DNA of 63,258 bases, filler included, from Gonapodya sp. JEL0774 (lineage: Eukaryota), in the NCBI GenBank assembly GCA_027604505.1. It is 23 parts of 23 records of this genome, joined end to end, with 100 filler letters (N's around TTAATTAATTAA, not from the genome) between each part and the next. Parts side by side here need not be neighbours in the genome. Positions count along the whole stretch, not along the records: positions 41,390 to 44,038 come from JADIIX010001780.1; positions 44,139 to 46,787 come from JADIIX010001781.1; positions 46,888 to 49,535 come from JADIIX010001782.1; positions 49,636 to 52,282 come from JADIIX010001783.1; positions 52,383 to 55,028 come from JADIIX010001784.1; positions 55,129 to 57,773 come from JADIIX010001785.1; 17 more parts are not named here. The stretch is one strand, 5' to 3'. Positions 42,017 through 55,773 of the stretch are shown here, one piece after another (position 1 is the first letter of the stretch; the number at the start of each line of letters is the position of its first letter). The notes under the pieces were generated by a model, which did not search any database, was not told the origin of the DNA, and saw only the letters and a list, made by a program, of their open reading frames with translations. The position numbers and the translations under genes are program-made.

Positions 42017-44038
42017 TTACTTCGGCGAACTCTTGTCCAGATCTCCAGAATCTCCCAAAACATCAGACAATTGACGGAACTCGTCTTCGAGATTTGAAAG
42101 CAACAGATGGAGCTCTGCCGCTTTGGAACGGAGTTCTGCCATTTTGGCTCTCCTATATTGCTCACTACTCTTGTCAACTCCGGTAGATGATACTGCAGGC
42201 GAGGGTGCCATCCAGTCAGCCCGCATTGCTCCAGGATATGCCGGAGCCCTGTTGTTGCCCACTATAGCGAGAGTCAAGAGTGTTCGGTCCAGGTTGGCAT
42301 TCGTTACTGCCGCCCAATAGAAACTGGTAAAGGAGATACTGCAAGCCACCAGAAGTACGACGACTAACGAAAAGAGCCCCAAAACACTGATTCCGTGGTT
42401 GCTAGAGCTCCGTACAGCGTTTTCCACTGGTGAAGACGTTGACAAAGTGTTGCTGCCCAGTGAGTTGACCCAATCGAGAAAGGAATTCAGCAGTCCGACC
42501 CATGAAGTATCTCTCGTTTCCGGTACAGACTGCGATGCCCCAGTCTCTACAACTGGTTTCAATTTCTTCACACCAGCAGAACTTCTTTCTAGATCCCCCG
42601 CGAAAGAAATTTGACGGACCTCTTGAGAACTGACACTGGCCGTGAGCGAGGCTTGGTAAGCATTCGTGCTTGAAGCGGCAGGAAGTTGATTAAGGATTTC
42701 AGCGATCAGCTTCTTCCCAAAGTCCTGTTGTCCATCGAATGAGAACTTTTCAACCTGGCCTGAAAGTGTTCCGACGAAGGTCAGGATGGCACTCAAGAAA
42801 AGGTCAAGCAAGCAAACAGATCTGACCACTGAGTAAGCCACGTTTGATCCAGTGAACCTTTGTAGTCATGAGGAGCTGAGACTTTCCGTCACCGAGACTT
42901 GTTATACAACATCTTACAAAGTGCGGAGGTCAGGTACAGAAGAAAGCATGCGATCCATTGGTACCACTCACTTGCAGAGGACTATGAAAGACTCCCCAAG
43001 CGGAACTTTTGGAGTTTTGACGGATGTGTTGACCGTGTAGAGTCTCCTAAGAATGAAGAGCCTTTGTGAAAATACGCTCCTACTGTACAAATCTCCCGAG
43101 CCAAACACTCACCCATCCAAGACCTTGACCAAGGTTTGCTCCTCGTGGCATGCAGCCTTGGGATCTGAACAGATATAAGGTTAGGAATCCGCCCGACGAC
43201 CCAGAAAAAGTACTCACATATGCCTGCTCGCACAAAGTAATCCAATTCCCTCTTCGTCCACCCCGAGATGTCATTCTCTGCTGTCCCAGGCTTCCTTTCC
43301 CACCTGACAGCTTTGAGACCTTCTGAGCCTCTCTGTCTTTGGGCAACCAACGCCGCACTTCCGAGCCCTGGCGCATCTTCTTCTCCAAAAATCGTCATAA
43401 ACAATGCCCGTGGATGCATTTGAAACGTAGCTTTGGCCACCTCGTGGGGGTAGTGGTCAGTGCATCCACAATCTGTGGCTGGCGGAAATGAAACAGGCTG
43501 GGATGCAGTTTGCTGGCGGCGCACGACAGGTTGCACCTGCTTCGAGGGTGCAGCTGCTGCCGGTGTGGCAACGTTGAGAAGCGTCGTCTGTGGCGAAGTC
43601 GGAGACAAATTTTGTTTGAGGTCGGTGTTCGCGATGGCGCTCCCGTTAGCGCTGCCGTTTGCTGGGGTGATTGGTTTCACTTTTTGCTCCGCCGACGATC
43701 GCGGTAGGGTTGCGGGGTAGCTTGCTGCAATGTTGGAAGCCTCTTGGATGGCGCTAGTTGGGGTCTTTATCTGCTTTCACGGAGGGGTGGTTAAGCCTTG
43801 TACCACAAGACTGCGTAGTAATAGTAAACAATTTCCCAAATATCAAGACTACTTACATTCGAATCAGCGGGGGGTGAGAGGAGCTGTTGGTCGATGGTGG
43901 CACTCCTCGGTAGTCGATTAACGACCAGACCATCGACTGGTGCCGGGAGTTTCGAAGCCGGTGTCTCTCTTTCAAAAGATCCCGATCTAGACGGAGTTGG
44001 CTCAGGTGTTGGTAACGTGATGGGGGATGGCGGCACTT
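42017..44038 (-). CDS. LAM/Ltc (GRAMD1-like) sterol transfer protein: VASt domain, TM helix, coiled coil; 5' truncated
   Basis: CGCTDHY...FQMHPRALFMTIFG, KRELDY, VKTPKVPLGESFIV...CITSLG...KVHWIK, VEKFSFDGQQDF, TM LGLFSLVVVLLVACSISF, terminal coiled coil. Confidence 0.8.
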
Positions 44039-47000
44039 NNNNNNNNNNNNNNNNNNNNNNNNNNNNNNNNNNNNNNNNNNNNTTAATTAATTAANNNNNN
44101 NNNNNNNNNNNNNNNNNNNNNNNNNNNNNNNNNNNNNNGATTTGCACCTCGGACTAGAAACGCCGGCGGGCCGGTTCCACCGTAGATTTCATTAGAGACC
44201 AGTGCAAAAGTGTTCTGACCTGAAAGCGTTACGTATACAAAAGAATCGGCGATTGCTAAATTGGTGGAAGAATTGAGCTGAAAAGGCAGGCGGAAACGGG
44301 CAGATCTGAGCCAACACACAGTCGAGTTTGAAAGCAGCAATGGTCTTGTTCAAGAAAGGAAGTATCGCACTGTAGGGAGAGACAATTAAATCAGTGGGAT
44401 GGACAGAGGTGCGCCACCACTTGATAGCACTCACTCATAATCGGTATAGTTCAGAAGACCATTTTCGAAAGCTTCGGCAAAACTGATCCCCGCAAAGAAC
44501 ACCTTAAGCAAATATCAAAAGATGTGTCAACAGATTGCCACCAGCACTATACGCGAATGTTACCGATTTTGTACCTGGTTCAGGTAGGAGTCTGCAGTTG
44601 ATGGAAGAAACAAGTGACGAAGTGCAGCAAGCAAGAGCAAAATTCGCTCAAAGCTCACCAACAGCGGTAAGAACTTTGTCGCTTGCATCGGAAAGACGCG
44701 CTTGTCCAAGCGAAGCAATGCTTTGTGATGCTGACGTAAAAATTCGAGACTTTTCGTTAACGCCTGCACACATCGAGCTTGAACCCTCCGACGATTATAA
44801 CCTTGATCTGAAGAGCTTGCTATGGACTTGTTATTGGTGTTTACACCAAGCCACACCGTTACAACAGCAACCGAGGAGATACTGTTCAGTGATTAGTGGG
44901 TAAAGGGTACCCATTGGGAGATGTATTTCGTAACGAGGACACACCTGACAATAACCAGCAGCACTATGAGTGTCCTCAAAGAGAGGGACCTTTCATTTGA
45001 GTTTCTAGTCGTCGGTGATGGCTCATTGTTCGAATCGGACGCTGAAGATGCTCGGCCCGCGTCGGCATCAGGACTGAGCATTCCGATTGCAGGCGACGAT
45101 CGCTTCGTTGATGTAGCTGGACTTTGCATTCTGCTGGTCTTATTCTTTGCGGAGAGTTCGATTGAAGGGAACCTGCTGCCTCATGCACACCGATCAGGGA
45201 CCCCGCCTGCGGTCGACGTGCTAGCAGTTTAATGAATCGATTTGGATGCTTGAGGACGGACATCTGGACCGAAAACGCATCTCTGATTTGGACTCAAAAC
45301 GGGTTGTCAATTTTCTGGACTTAAATGGACCGCACGCGTACACGTAACTATGTTGGACCCCAGCCGGCCTGGATACCTGTCTCGTCATCCCCCGATTTGG
45401 TCTGAGACTGAGAATCACACTTCAAGGCTTGGCCGGCGGCGAATGAATACATAGAGAGGTTGCTTGATATTCATGCGATTTCATGCCGACAGCTTGAATT
45501 CTGCCCTCTTTTTGCGAGGAGGTTGTGGGTTTGGGTGGCGGGCGCGGTGGGTGTACACTGGCCGGCAGGGCTTGAGCGCGGACGGCAACGGCCGTTAAAT
45601 ACAGCTTCCATCGTCCATCTTCCATCTTCCACCGTCCATCGTCCACCTTTTATCTTCCATCGTCCGTCGTAGTACTAACGGCTCTTGTGTGCCGTGTCGT
45701 GTCGTGTCGTGCAGGTGGTGCGTCATGTCTGTCTCCGCGCACTCACCACATTTCCCCACTCGTGTCACTTGCCGCTTTTTCTTCCTCTTTGGGGGTATTT
45801 CATTTCGTCTAGTCTAGTCTAGTCTTTACAGTGCAATAAAAAAAATATATCCATCTCTACTTTGCTCGTCAACCTCGTTCTCTTCGCCCTTCGTCTACGG
45901 TGCGGGGCTCCCTTTTCCTCGTAGTTTCGCCTTGTGTAATACACAACGAACATTGGCCACTTCGTCCCGTCTCCTCGTCCACGAGCCCCCTCCCCCCCAC
46001 CGAGCCGCGGCCTCTCACTGACTTCCCCACGACTCTCCAAACAAGTTCCTAAAGCCGTGAAAAAAATAGGAGGAATGCAGGAGGGGAGGGGAGTGTGGGT
46101 GCCAGAGAGGCAGAGAGGCGCGTCCATGGCGAGTGCGGTCGAGGTGGGGTGGTCGAGTGGTGTGTGGTGGTGTGTTCGAGTTTCGTTGTTCGTTTCGGAA
46201 TCGTGCCGCACACCACGGTCGTGGGCACGTGCGATGATTCATTTCGCGTTTCGTTTCATTTGGGTGCGCCGGATTCGGGGTAGGGTAGGTTTTCCGGCCG
46301 CGGAGGGGAGGACGATCGTGGGTTTCCAGGTCCCGGGTCCACGGTAAGGTACGAGGTAGGGAGGTAGGCAAGTAGGTAGGTGGGGTATGTAGGTATTGTT
46401 GGGGTATGGTATCCCGCCAAAGTACCCGTGAGTCGAAAGTTGGTCAGTTCGNNNNNNNNNNTGGGTTTTTTTGTTTTTTTGGGGTTTGTGTTTCCCGCAA
46501 ATTTACCGGTTTGTCTAATGTTGTACATTTCGTCCCGTGGTTTGTCTTTCGCCACGGGGGCCTGGTTGGGGGGGGGTGGGGTCGGGTCGCCACAAGCAGA
46601 GGCAGGGGCAGGGGTAACGGAGTGTGGGGCGGGGGTCGTGGAGTTGGCGAGGAGAGGGAGGGAGCCGGTGTGTGTGGGCGGGTAGGGTGCGTTGGTGCGT
46701 GAACAGGAAGGGGAACCGGAACGGGGAACAGGGTGGGTGTAGAAAGAGGAATGAGGACAGACGCCGCAGGGAGTCGGCGACAGTGGGNNNNNNNNNNNNN
46801 NNNNNNNNNNNNNNNNNNNNNNNNNNNNNNNTTAATTAATTAANNNNNNNNNNNNNNNNNNNNNNNNNNNNNNNNNNNNNNNNNNNNCAAGCGCTATGAA
46901 TGCAGAGGAAAGAGAGAACTTCTCTCACCTCGGTACAGGGGCTTGATGTTCCTCGGATCTTGTTCTCCCACGGCCTCCTTGGTGCTTTCAACTCGCTTTC

Positions 47001-50000
47001 GGAGTGCTCTCCTTCCAATACAGTAGACGTAGGTCAGTCCTACCACACCAAGAAGCACAGCGACTACAAATGACAGTGCAATTGCAACGGGGAGAGTTGG
47101 GAAAGTCGGGCTCAATTGGTCCATGGAGCCAAATGTGATGTCCAAGCAATGCGATTGTGGCTCTCCGGGAAAGCGGGGGATAGACGAAACACTTCACAGA
47201 ATGTTGGGCAATGAAGTTTTGACCTATTAGTGATCATCAAATGTTATAGCTGATGAGAGTCAGCGGGATTCCTTTGAGCGTTGGTACTCAAGTATAAGAA
47301 CAGATGATCACATCTGATATCACTGATCTGACCTTAGAAAGTAAAAAGAAAGCGTGTATGTCTTGGAGAGGAACTATGCGGATTGCAGCATGCCGGTCCC
47401 TGAGTCCTGACTGTGAATCTGTTCGACTCTCGTTGGCCCTACAGTCCACCCGAGCACCAGATCACTCACACTATGGCTTTGATGGAGCTTCCAGTCTTTC
47501 TTAGAGAGACTTACAATCGTACCTTGAATTTGTCGGAGAGGTGCCGCACGTGCTTCCTGCCTGAGTACCGCCAGGTGCTCGGTCCTATGACTGGGCGTTC
47601 AGGGATTGCGGTGCACGACAAGGACCACGAATATAAACTTCTTATCTTACTATTAAAGTTATTGTTGTATGACGGGTGGTGCTCCTTCGTGAAGGTCTGC
47701 TTCCTTGGGATCACCGGCGAAGTACTCACCAGCTTTCCTCAAAAACCAAAGGAGGTGAGATTTTGTCTCTGTTATTTTACTGAGCCCAGATCTCAAGAGG
47801 CGCTGGGAATGCAGGAGTTCGGGTACAGAAGGGTGAATAAATGACTGATTAGTGGCGCGATCAGTGGGTCTTCCCGGGGATCGCGTCTCCAAGTGCGATG
47901 CGCAATCCAAATGATGTTCGAACGTAAAGCTCACGGGCTGATTTTGTTTGGCTTGCAGAAGTGATCGTGGGATCCAACAGCGGACCAGCGGAAACAGAGC
48001 ACGCACCCGAAATTGGAAACAGAAAAGTATGAAGAAAATGGAATAAGTTCGTGGTACAACGGTTAACAAATGAAGACTGACGAAGTGACGCTAGTACTGA
48101 ACCGACTTGTGATTGAATCTGTGTTCCAATATCGATACTAATGACCATCATACATATCACTGAATCAACTTGGAACGACGCAATGCTCGCATAATAGCCG
48201 AAAGAGAAACCAGCATGCCTCCGATTCGTGTCAAGAGGGTTTGGACAACCTTCGTGCTGCTCACGATCTTGACGATCGTCTTCCGTATCACAACGGGATT
48301 ATCGGTGGACGTCCAACAGAGAATCCATCTGGACTCGGTATGCCTTCGAAGAAACAGAAATCGCCAAGGAAGCAGCTTCGACGGCACTTATTTCCCCTTG
48401 ACCTGGAACAGACACCTCTTCCAGCATTGTCTGCTATCCCCACAGACGGACCCTTCTCCAACATCCAATGCCAATCCATTAAAGCCACGGGTGGCGTTTT
48501 CGAAATCACAAACTTTGACCTGGGTCTTGAGAGTGGGGAAACAGCGGTGGATGGCTCACCATTCCGGCTGGACAAGAGCCTCGACCGGCCGTGATTATTC
48601 TACATGTATGTAAGCGGCATTTTCGTGTAGTCGCTCGGGATGGTGCATTAGTGAATGCTCAAAGCCAATTTGAACCTCGTATCGGTTGTCGTACGTAGGG
48701 CTGTGGAGGATTGTGGGCACCGTTGTCGAACGGATCCCACCTCTACGACCCCATAACCCATCGAGGTCTTCCCAAACCCAATTTTCGTGAATGTGAGAAC
48801 TCTGTGCGCTCTGTACCGCACATTCTTTCAACCCTTCGTCACGGCCGACCGCACTCCTTCCCTCTGCGCGTGCTCCGACCGTAGGGTCAACCCTCCTGTC
48901 TCACCTTGGCATCGCCTCGCTCATGGTAGATTCGTTTCAACCTCGCGGACTCTCTAGGTTTTGCGGACGGGTGCCCGCAGAGGATCCTGAGAGGGACGAG
49001 TCGGCTGCGAGTCCGGTGCGTGTGAGGGTTGAGGATGCATGTGAGTTAGTTCTGTGTTGCTTGTGCAGCACCACTCTCGAGTTCCAGCTGTTGGTTCAGG
49101 AACGGGCGTCCGTTTGACCGGCCAGACTTGAGAACTGATATTTTACTGCTGCCGTTCCACCAACAGACCGACACCTCACCTTCCTCCTCTCCCACTTCAC
49201 AATCCACTTCAATCAAAGCAAGCCACGCCGTCCGCTTTCATCGTGCTCAACTCTCCTCGACCCATCCCGATTGGCCCTTCTCGGCTTCTCCCACGGCGCA
49301 GAAGCCGCGATCACAGCGGTGCTGGACGATTCGGTAGAGAGAGAGTGGGAACAACTGTATTTCGTGAGTCGGGATCGTTGATGATGGGAGTGCTGAGCTG
49401 TGGGCGTGTGCGTGAGCGTGCCGGCTCGATGGGTTTAACGAATGCCGGAATTCCTGCTCACCTGGATAAATTCCTACAGCCCCTCCACGACCCTCCTTAC
49501 TACCGATCCGCCCCACGTCCCCCCACTCCCCAGAGNNNNNNNNNNNNNNNNNNNNNNNNNNNNNNNNNNNNNNNNNNNNTTAATTAATTAANNNNNNNNN
49601 NNNNNNNNNNNNNNNNNNNNNNNNNNNNNNNNNNNGATTGCACATTTTAGTAGTCGGAGTAATAATACTTCTGCTTGGGAAATCTTGCTGATAGCCTCCA
49701 TCGTTGCTCTCTCCACTGGGCTTTGCTGACGAACTTGATGGAAAGTCTGATGATGACATCATCGATATCAACTAAATGAATGGCTGCAGGTGCATGGCGC
49801 CTGCAGCGATTGCTTTGCACACGCAGAACTCACGGAACCATTCAGCTCCGTAGATGGAAAGAAAGATATATGTATCGCAATATTGAAATCATTATTTGAA
49901 AACTCAAGTTAATAATTGGCTTTAGCCCAGTGACTTCCCGACCTCGACATCCATTTGTTCCGCGTTGCGTTCTATATATCACATCTCCTTCCCGTCTTCC

Positions 50001-50083
50001 TTCAATTTGACATCCACGAAGAAAACGTATCAAAAATAATCGACACTTCCTTCAATCGGGTATTCTTCACCATACCATCTCTA

Positions 50084-51458
50084 CTAATCGTCCCTCGTCA
50101 AATCAACAACATACTTGGGCCTCCACGGCGCCTTCTTCGCATTCTCCTGTTGGATTTCCTTTTTCTCCTCTTTGCCGCCGGAACGCCACCCTCGTCCAAC
50201 GCGTCCACGTCCACGGTAAACCGCGGCTGTGTGGTAGGGGCCAATCCAACGCCACGTTCTCGTTTACAGAGGGAGTGGTGGTCGCTGCCGGAGCTGGAGG
50301 CAGTGCAGGAGCTGGTGCTGATCCAGTTCTGGTTCCAGTTCCAGGCTCATTTGCAGTTCCTGTATTTCTGCTGGAGTAACCTGGTCGGGGCGTGTCCCGA
50401 TCAGCGGATATATTAGTCAATAGGTTAGAGAGAAGAGCCGCAAGAAGGTTGCGGGAGCGGTAAAGGAAGACAAAGCTCGCCACTGGGATCGCAGGCCTTG
50501 GTAACGATGGAGCCGTACAATCGAATTTGTTCATACATACCAGGGTGTAGATCCAACTTTTTTGAACCGTAGCGTTCAGAGAATGATGGTGAAGTCTTTA
50601 GAGCCCTCCCAAGTCTGACCATTGTTTTAGAAGGGATACGAGAAAGCTTTGAGTTCATCTCCTCAGCCCCATTCATCATTGAGTAGCTTACCCAGTTCCA
50701 TGGCTAATGAGGGTCGCCTTCTTGTCCCTGTCATGAACTAAAACTTCACCGGAGGCACCGGGCATGGGACGGGAACCCGACTGTCTACTCAGACGACGAT
50801 TTAAAGCGATTGCCCTCCACAATTCCACCTTTATCGATCCTATATCGCTACAGCAGAAGGGTGAGCGCACAGTGTGACGAAAATGAGGTATCCTCTATAT
50901 CCTCTATATACAAGAGCGGCAGAACTCACATTCCACGTTCCTGCTGTTGAGCAAGCAGCGCTTCTCCGCCTTCATCATCATCACAAATCACCTTGGGCTC
51001 TTTGAAGACCATCGCCTGACGGGACTCCCCCTTTCGTGTTCCTTTTAGTGGAGACGAGAACTCATTCAGTTCGCGGACTTCCTAATGCACTATGTTTCCG
51101 TCAATGTACTGATGGATTAGTGGAGGAGAAAAGATCGAAAGTTGAGGAGACTTGTAAACATTCAAAAAGGAACTTCAATTCTGCTCACAAAACTGCGATA
51201 TTCTGCTCCGATTCGTGATTGACTCCTTTTACTTTGATCCTGAACTCTTGGTCGGTTGCGCTCTCTATATAGACTGTAGCCCGTGATTCGCCAGTAGCGG
51301 GATCCTGGTGAAATGGTGGAATCACGCTCCAGATGGGATAAATCGGGGTACGTGTTGAGAAAGTGGTCAGTTCTCACGGTTGCTTTCTTCAGTCCATACT
51401 CTGGCAGCGGTTTCTTATTAACGAAGACGTTTGCGGTGAAAGATCCAATGGTTGGCAT
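50084..51458 (-). pseudogene. Frameshifted tandem paralog of a conserved fungal uncharacterised family (DUF7918-like)
   Basis: KPLPEY, DIGSIKVELWRA, VHDRDKKA..SH..G, PVASFVFLYRSR. Two 1-nt deletions in the 3' exon relative to the neighbour at 51711-52282. Confidence 0.6.
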
Positions 51459-51710
51459 GGTCTGGAACGGGCGAGGGTAAGGAATGATTTCTTATGTTGT
51501 ATTTCAAAAGTTCGTGCTCCATGATGCATCATGATGCATGTCTCCCGTTATCGCATGGCACACAATAATACTGCAAGGACGAGCGAACTTTTCAAAAAGT
51601 TTTACGTGCGCGTCTATAGAACAATGATATCTGCGAAGAAAAACATCAAGTACCCTTCCTGTTGTCAACAAGGTTGAAGAAAGCGGGCTCCCCCATGGCC
51701 TTAATCTCCA

Positions 51711-52282
51711 TTAATCATCCCCTGTCAGATCCACCACATACTTAGGCCTCCACGGCACCTTCTTCGCATTCTCCTGTTTGATTTCCGTCTTTATCTTTTT
51801 CGCCGCTGGAGCTCCACCCTCGTCCAACGCGTCCACGTCCACGGTGAACCGCGGCTGAGAGGTGGAAGCGGATCCACCGGCACGTTCTCGCTTTACAGAG
51901 GGAGCGGGGGCCGCTGCAGGAGCTGGTGCCTGTGACGGTGCCGGTACTGCTGGTGCAGGTCCTCCAGCTCCGGAACCCGCTGTAGTTCGTGCCTTCTCCT
52001 TGGCGTTGCCTTGTTGAGGTGCGTCTGGATCAGCTGGTATGATGGGCGGTAGGTCAAAGTCCAGAACGGCGAGGAGCTGGCGGGAGCGGTAGTGGAAGAT
52101 GAAGGTCGCGACTATCAAATATCAAGGAGTAGGAGATGAAACAGGTGGCGTTGGTTGAATCAAACGGAAGAAAAATATGAAGAAGCATTATACGCACTTG
52201 GGTACGGATCCAGGTAATTGACGTTCGACCTTGAGTTGACTTTGGGGTCGGGAATAACCTTCCCGAATCTAACGTGAAAAGT
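51711..52282 (-). CDS. C-terminal exons of the same fungal family (intact copy)
   Basis: VNYLDPYP...VATFIFHYRSRQLLAVLD...KIKTEIKQE...VVDLTGDD; about 180 nt of high identity to 50090-50275. Confidence 0.65.
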
Positions 52283-52387
52283 NNNNNNNNNNNNNNNNNN
52301 NNNNNNNNNNNNNNNNNNNNNNNNNNTTAATTAATTAANNNNNNNNNNNNNNNNNNNNNNNNNNNNNNNNNNNNNNNNNNNNGCCGA

Positions 52388-55028
52388 ATGAAAACAACTA
52401 CAGTGTGCACCCGGCAAGTGAACCGGTTACAAAAACTAGTCCAGCAATCAGCGCGTACTTTCAACAGACGAAGCTTCCTTTATCGACGAGAAGGATCAGT
52501 GTCTGCAGAGTCTTTGACCCGTCTGACCTTGTACACCAAGCATTCGGTTCGACATCTTGGATTATCCAACCGGATTTCTACCATGCACACGTCCTTTGCA
52601 CGAGCGATGGCTTCCTCGTCTCATCCGAATCGCGACGACTCTGTCCAGCCGCCTTGGTCCAAACCCACACCTTCCGCGGGGACAACTCAATGGCCGGGAC
52701 TTCGCATTCTCAACTCTCTCACGCGCTCCAAAGACGATTTCATTCCGGTTAATGGAAAAAGAGTCACATGGTACGCTTGCGGGCCCACGGTCTACGACCA
52801 TTCGCACATGGGTCACGCCAGGAACTACATGTGCACGGATATCATCAGGAGGATATTGGAGGGATACTTTGGGTATGAGGTGTTATTCGTGATGAATATT
52901 ACAGACGTCGATGACAAGGTACGTTGTGAGCGACTTGAGTTGGGTTGTTGATCACACAGTTTTCCATGGTTCAATGTGCCAACGCAAAGGCGAAGTCCGT
53001 ATCTCAAATAGGCCACTTTTCTGTGACACATACACTTGCGCCATTTGCTCAATTGCTCGAAATCATGGTGCTCTAATTAAACTTCACCTTCTGTACAGAT
53101 TATCCTTCGCGCCCGCCAAACCCACCTCTTTGATCTCTTCTCACTCCAAAATCCTTCTGTTACCGCTCCCCTCCTTAACACGCTTTCCACTGCCTTTGGA
53201 GAGTACATCGACTCCGTATTCAAACATATTGCATCAACTGCGGACCTTGTTCCAGAGAAGAAAGGTCCAGCGACGTCATGGGATTTGCCAACATTGAGTT
53301 CTTGGATTGAAGAAATGGGGAAGAGGTGGGCAGCTTTAGAGGAGGAGAAGAAGCGAAAAGTCGCGGAGAATGAACCAAAGTTCGAAATGAGGCTGAAGGC
53401 TTCGGTGAGTTTGGTTCGTTGCGGCTTCACACAGTCGCAAAAGATTTCGACGTATCGCCTGCGCAGCTGGCCGCCTCCCGCGCGATCTCTTCCTCAACTT
53501 CTTCCCCTGCCGGAACTCCATCGTCATCTCTCCTCTCATCCACTCGCGACATCCTTCTCCCCTACCTCGATCGTATCCAAGGCTCAACAGTAAGTGACCC
53601 CGCAATATTCTCCAAATTCTCCCGAGTGTGGGAAGAGTCATTCTTCGAGGATATGGACAGTCTGGGCATCAGGCGACCGGATGTACTGACACGAGTCTCG
53701 GAGTATGTGCCAGAGGTGGTCGATTTTGTTAGAGGTATTGTGGATAAAGGATTCGGGTGAGTACAGTGGTTGTCTTCGTGTCATTGATAGGGTTAACGAG
53801 TGCCCCGCCATGATTGTTGAAAGATACCCATCTCCCACCGGCTCCGTCTACTTCGACACTCTCCGCTTCCACACCACACCTGGTCACTTTTACTGCAAGC
53901 TCGAACCAAAATCACGGTCCGACCTTGCTCTCCAAGCTGAGGGTGAGGGCGATCTGAGTAAAGGGGGGGAAAGGGAGAAGAGGAATGCCGCAGACTTTGC
54001 GCTCTGGAAGGCGAGCAAGGAGGGGGAACCGAGCTGGGAGAGTCCGTGGGGACAGGTCCGCATGTTGCAGGTCGTGGACATGTGTCCGCTGTATCACAAA
54101 AACTGAGTGGCTGTACGCTTTATTCTCACAGGGTCGGCCCGGCTGGCACATTGAATGCTCAGCAATGGCCACATCTGTTCTCCCCTGCCCCATCGATATC
54201 CACAGTGGCGGCATAGACCTCCGCTTCCCTCACCATGACAATGAACTGGCGCAGAGCGAGGCGTGCTTGGGAACGGACCAGTGGGTGAACTACTGGCTGC
54301 ATGCGGGGCATTTGAACGTCGAGGGCATGAAAATGAGCAAGAGTTTGAAAAACTTCATTACAATCAAGGTGGGCTCGAATTGGGAATCGGTGGGGCTGGT
54401 CATATAATAAATACCGATGCCGGTCTTCCTTATCGCAGGAAGCACTGGCAAACTCTACCGCAAACCAAATGCGAATACTGTTCCTCTCGTACAATTGGAA
54501 CGCGACACTGGACTATAAGCGCGACAGCTTGGAAGAGTCCAAAAGGAAAGAGGAAGCTATTGGGGCGAGTTCTCGAGATGATCCTACAGCGTGTTCTGAT
54601 ACACGGTGAAACGAAATTGTGGTCCTACAGAACTTCTTGGCGATTGCGAAGGCCGTGGTTGCTGACGCGAAACAGAAAGCGAAGGAAGCCGCAACGAGCA
54701 CTGCTACACAGTCGAGCCGGCACAACCACGGCCACTGGGAAGTAGATCTCATGGACGCGTGAGTTTTCTGTTGAAGTGTTTGACAAATGCATTTTATCGA
54801 CCAGCACTGGGAATCCTGTACCCCTTTCAGCCTCGCCACCGCCCAATCCACCGTTCACACTGCCCTGGCTGATAACTTCGATACCCCTACAGCCCTTGAT
54901 GCCGTGTTGACACTGGTATCCAAGGCGAACGTGTACCTCAATGGAAAGCCTAAAAATACTGCTTCAGGAGCGAAAATAAACGGGGACATCGTAGCGAAAG
55001 TTGCGGGATGGGTCAGATGGATCACGGA
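52388..55028 (+). CDS. CRS1: Cysteinyl-tRNA synthetase, multi-exon, 3' truncated
   Basis: [92 protein letters not shown]. Confidence 0.97.
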
Positions 55029-55128
55029 NNNNNNNNNNNNNNNNNNNNNNNNNNNNNNNNNNNNNNNNNNNNTTAATTAATTAANNNNNNNNNNNNNNNN
55101 NNNNNNNNNNNNNNNNNNNNNNNNNNNN

Positions 55129-55773
55129 TACTCACTGCCAACGACACGAGAACGCGTACAATCGCTCGTGCAATTATAGAAGCTATGGCCGACGGACCTG
55201 GAAGGAAAGCGCTTGTAGTGAGTGACAGGGTCGCACATATTCGACAGATTGCTTCTGCTCTTGTTCGTCAAGGATATGATGAGAACCAAATTGGGGAGTA
55301 TACAGGGTCGAAAAAAGGGTCCGAAGCACTGGACAGATCAATCATACTGTCGACATACACAATGTTTTCCGAAGGTGTCTCTCGTCCCGATCTGAACACA
55401 CTTGTCCTCGCATCACCCAAGCGCGAAATTATTCAGGTTATTGGAAGAATATATCGGAAGTCCTACGATGATAGTGATGCCCAACCACTAATTGTCGATG
55501 TCGTCGACGCCGGTTTTGAGTCCTTGCAAATGGCAAGGTTGGCGCAAATGAAAGGAGAAGTGCCAAATTTGAATGTCATTCACTGGTCACCCAATATTAC
55601 TTCAGCTACTTGAAGGTGTATCGTGTTCCGCACTCACTTCGTCTATGCTGGGGAGATCTATGGAGTCTACTGTTTCCCGAACGTCTTCCGGAAAATCATC
55701 ACCGTATTTAATTGTTAGAGCCTTGAGCTCTGCTGATCTCGCATCAACATGAGTTTTGAGCTTGTATATCGAG
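55129..55773. other. Start of a giant-virus-like (Nucleocytoviricota) contig spanning 55129-57773
   Basis: Intronless, overlapping/abutting genes with virus-type products; see the following features. Confidence 0.75.
55131..55613 (+). CDS. NCLDV-type superfamily II helicase (A18/VV-like), C-terminal RecA domain, 5' truncated
   Basis: Open from the contig edge: RTRTIARAI...RKALVVSDRVAHI...GEYTGSKK...IILSTYTMFSEGVSRPDLNTLVLASPKREIIQVIGRIYRK...PLIVDVVD (motifs IV, V, VI QxxGRxxR). Confidence 0.8.
   Translation, partial: LTANDTRTRTIARAIIEAMADGPGRKALVVSDRVAHIRQIASALVRQGYDENQIGEYTGSKKGSEALDRSIILSTYTMFSEGVSRPDLNTLVLASPKREIIQVIGRIYRKSYDDSDAQPLIVDVVDAGFESLQMARLAQMKGEVPNLNVIHWSPNITSAT

Noticed and set aside
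44139..49535. Possible type II membrane protein fragments (44560-45129 minus; 48216-48600 plus) and a CCATCTT/CCATCGT microrepeat at about 45605-45670
   Set aside because: No diagnostic motifs and frames are interrupted; the microrepeat is simple sequence.
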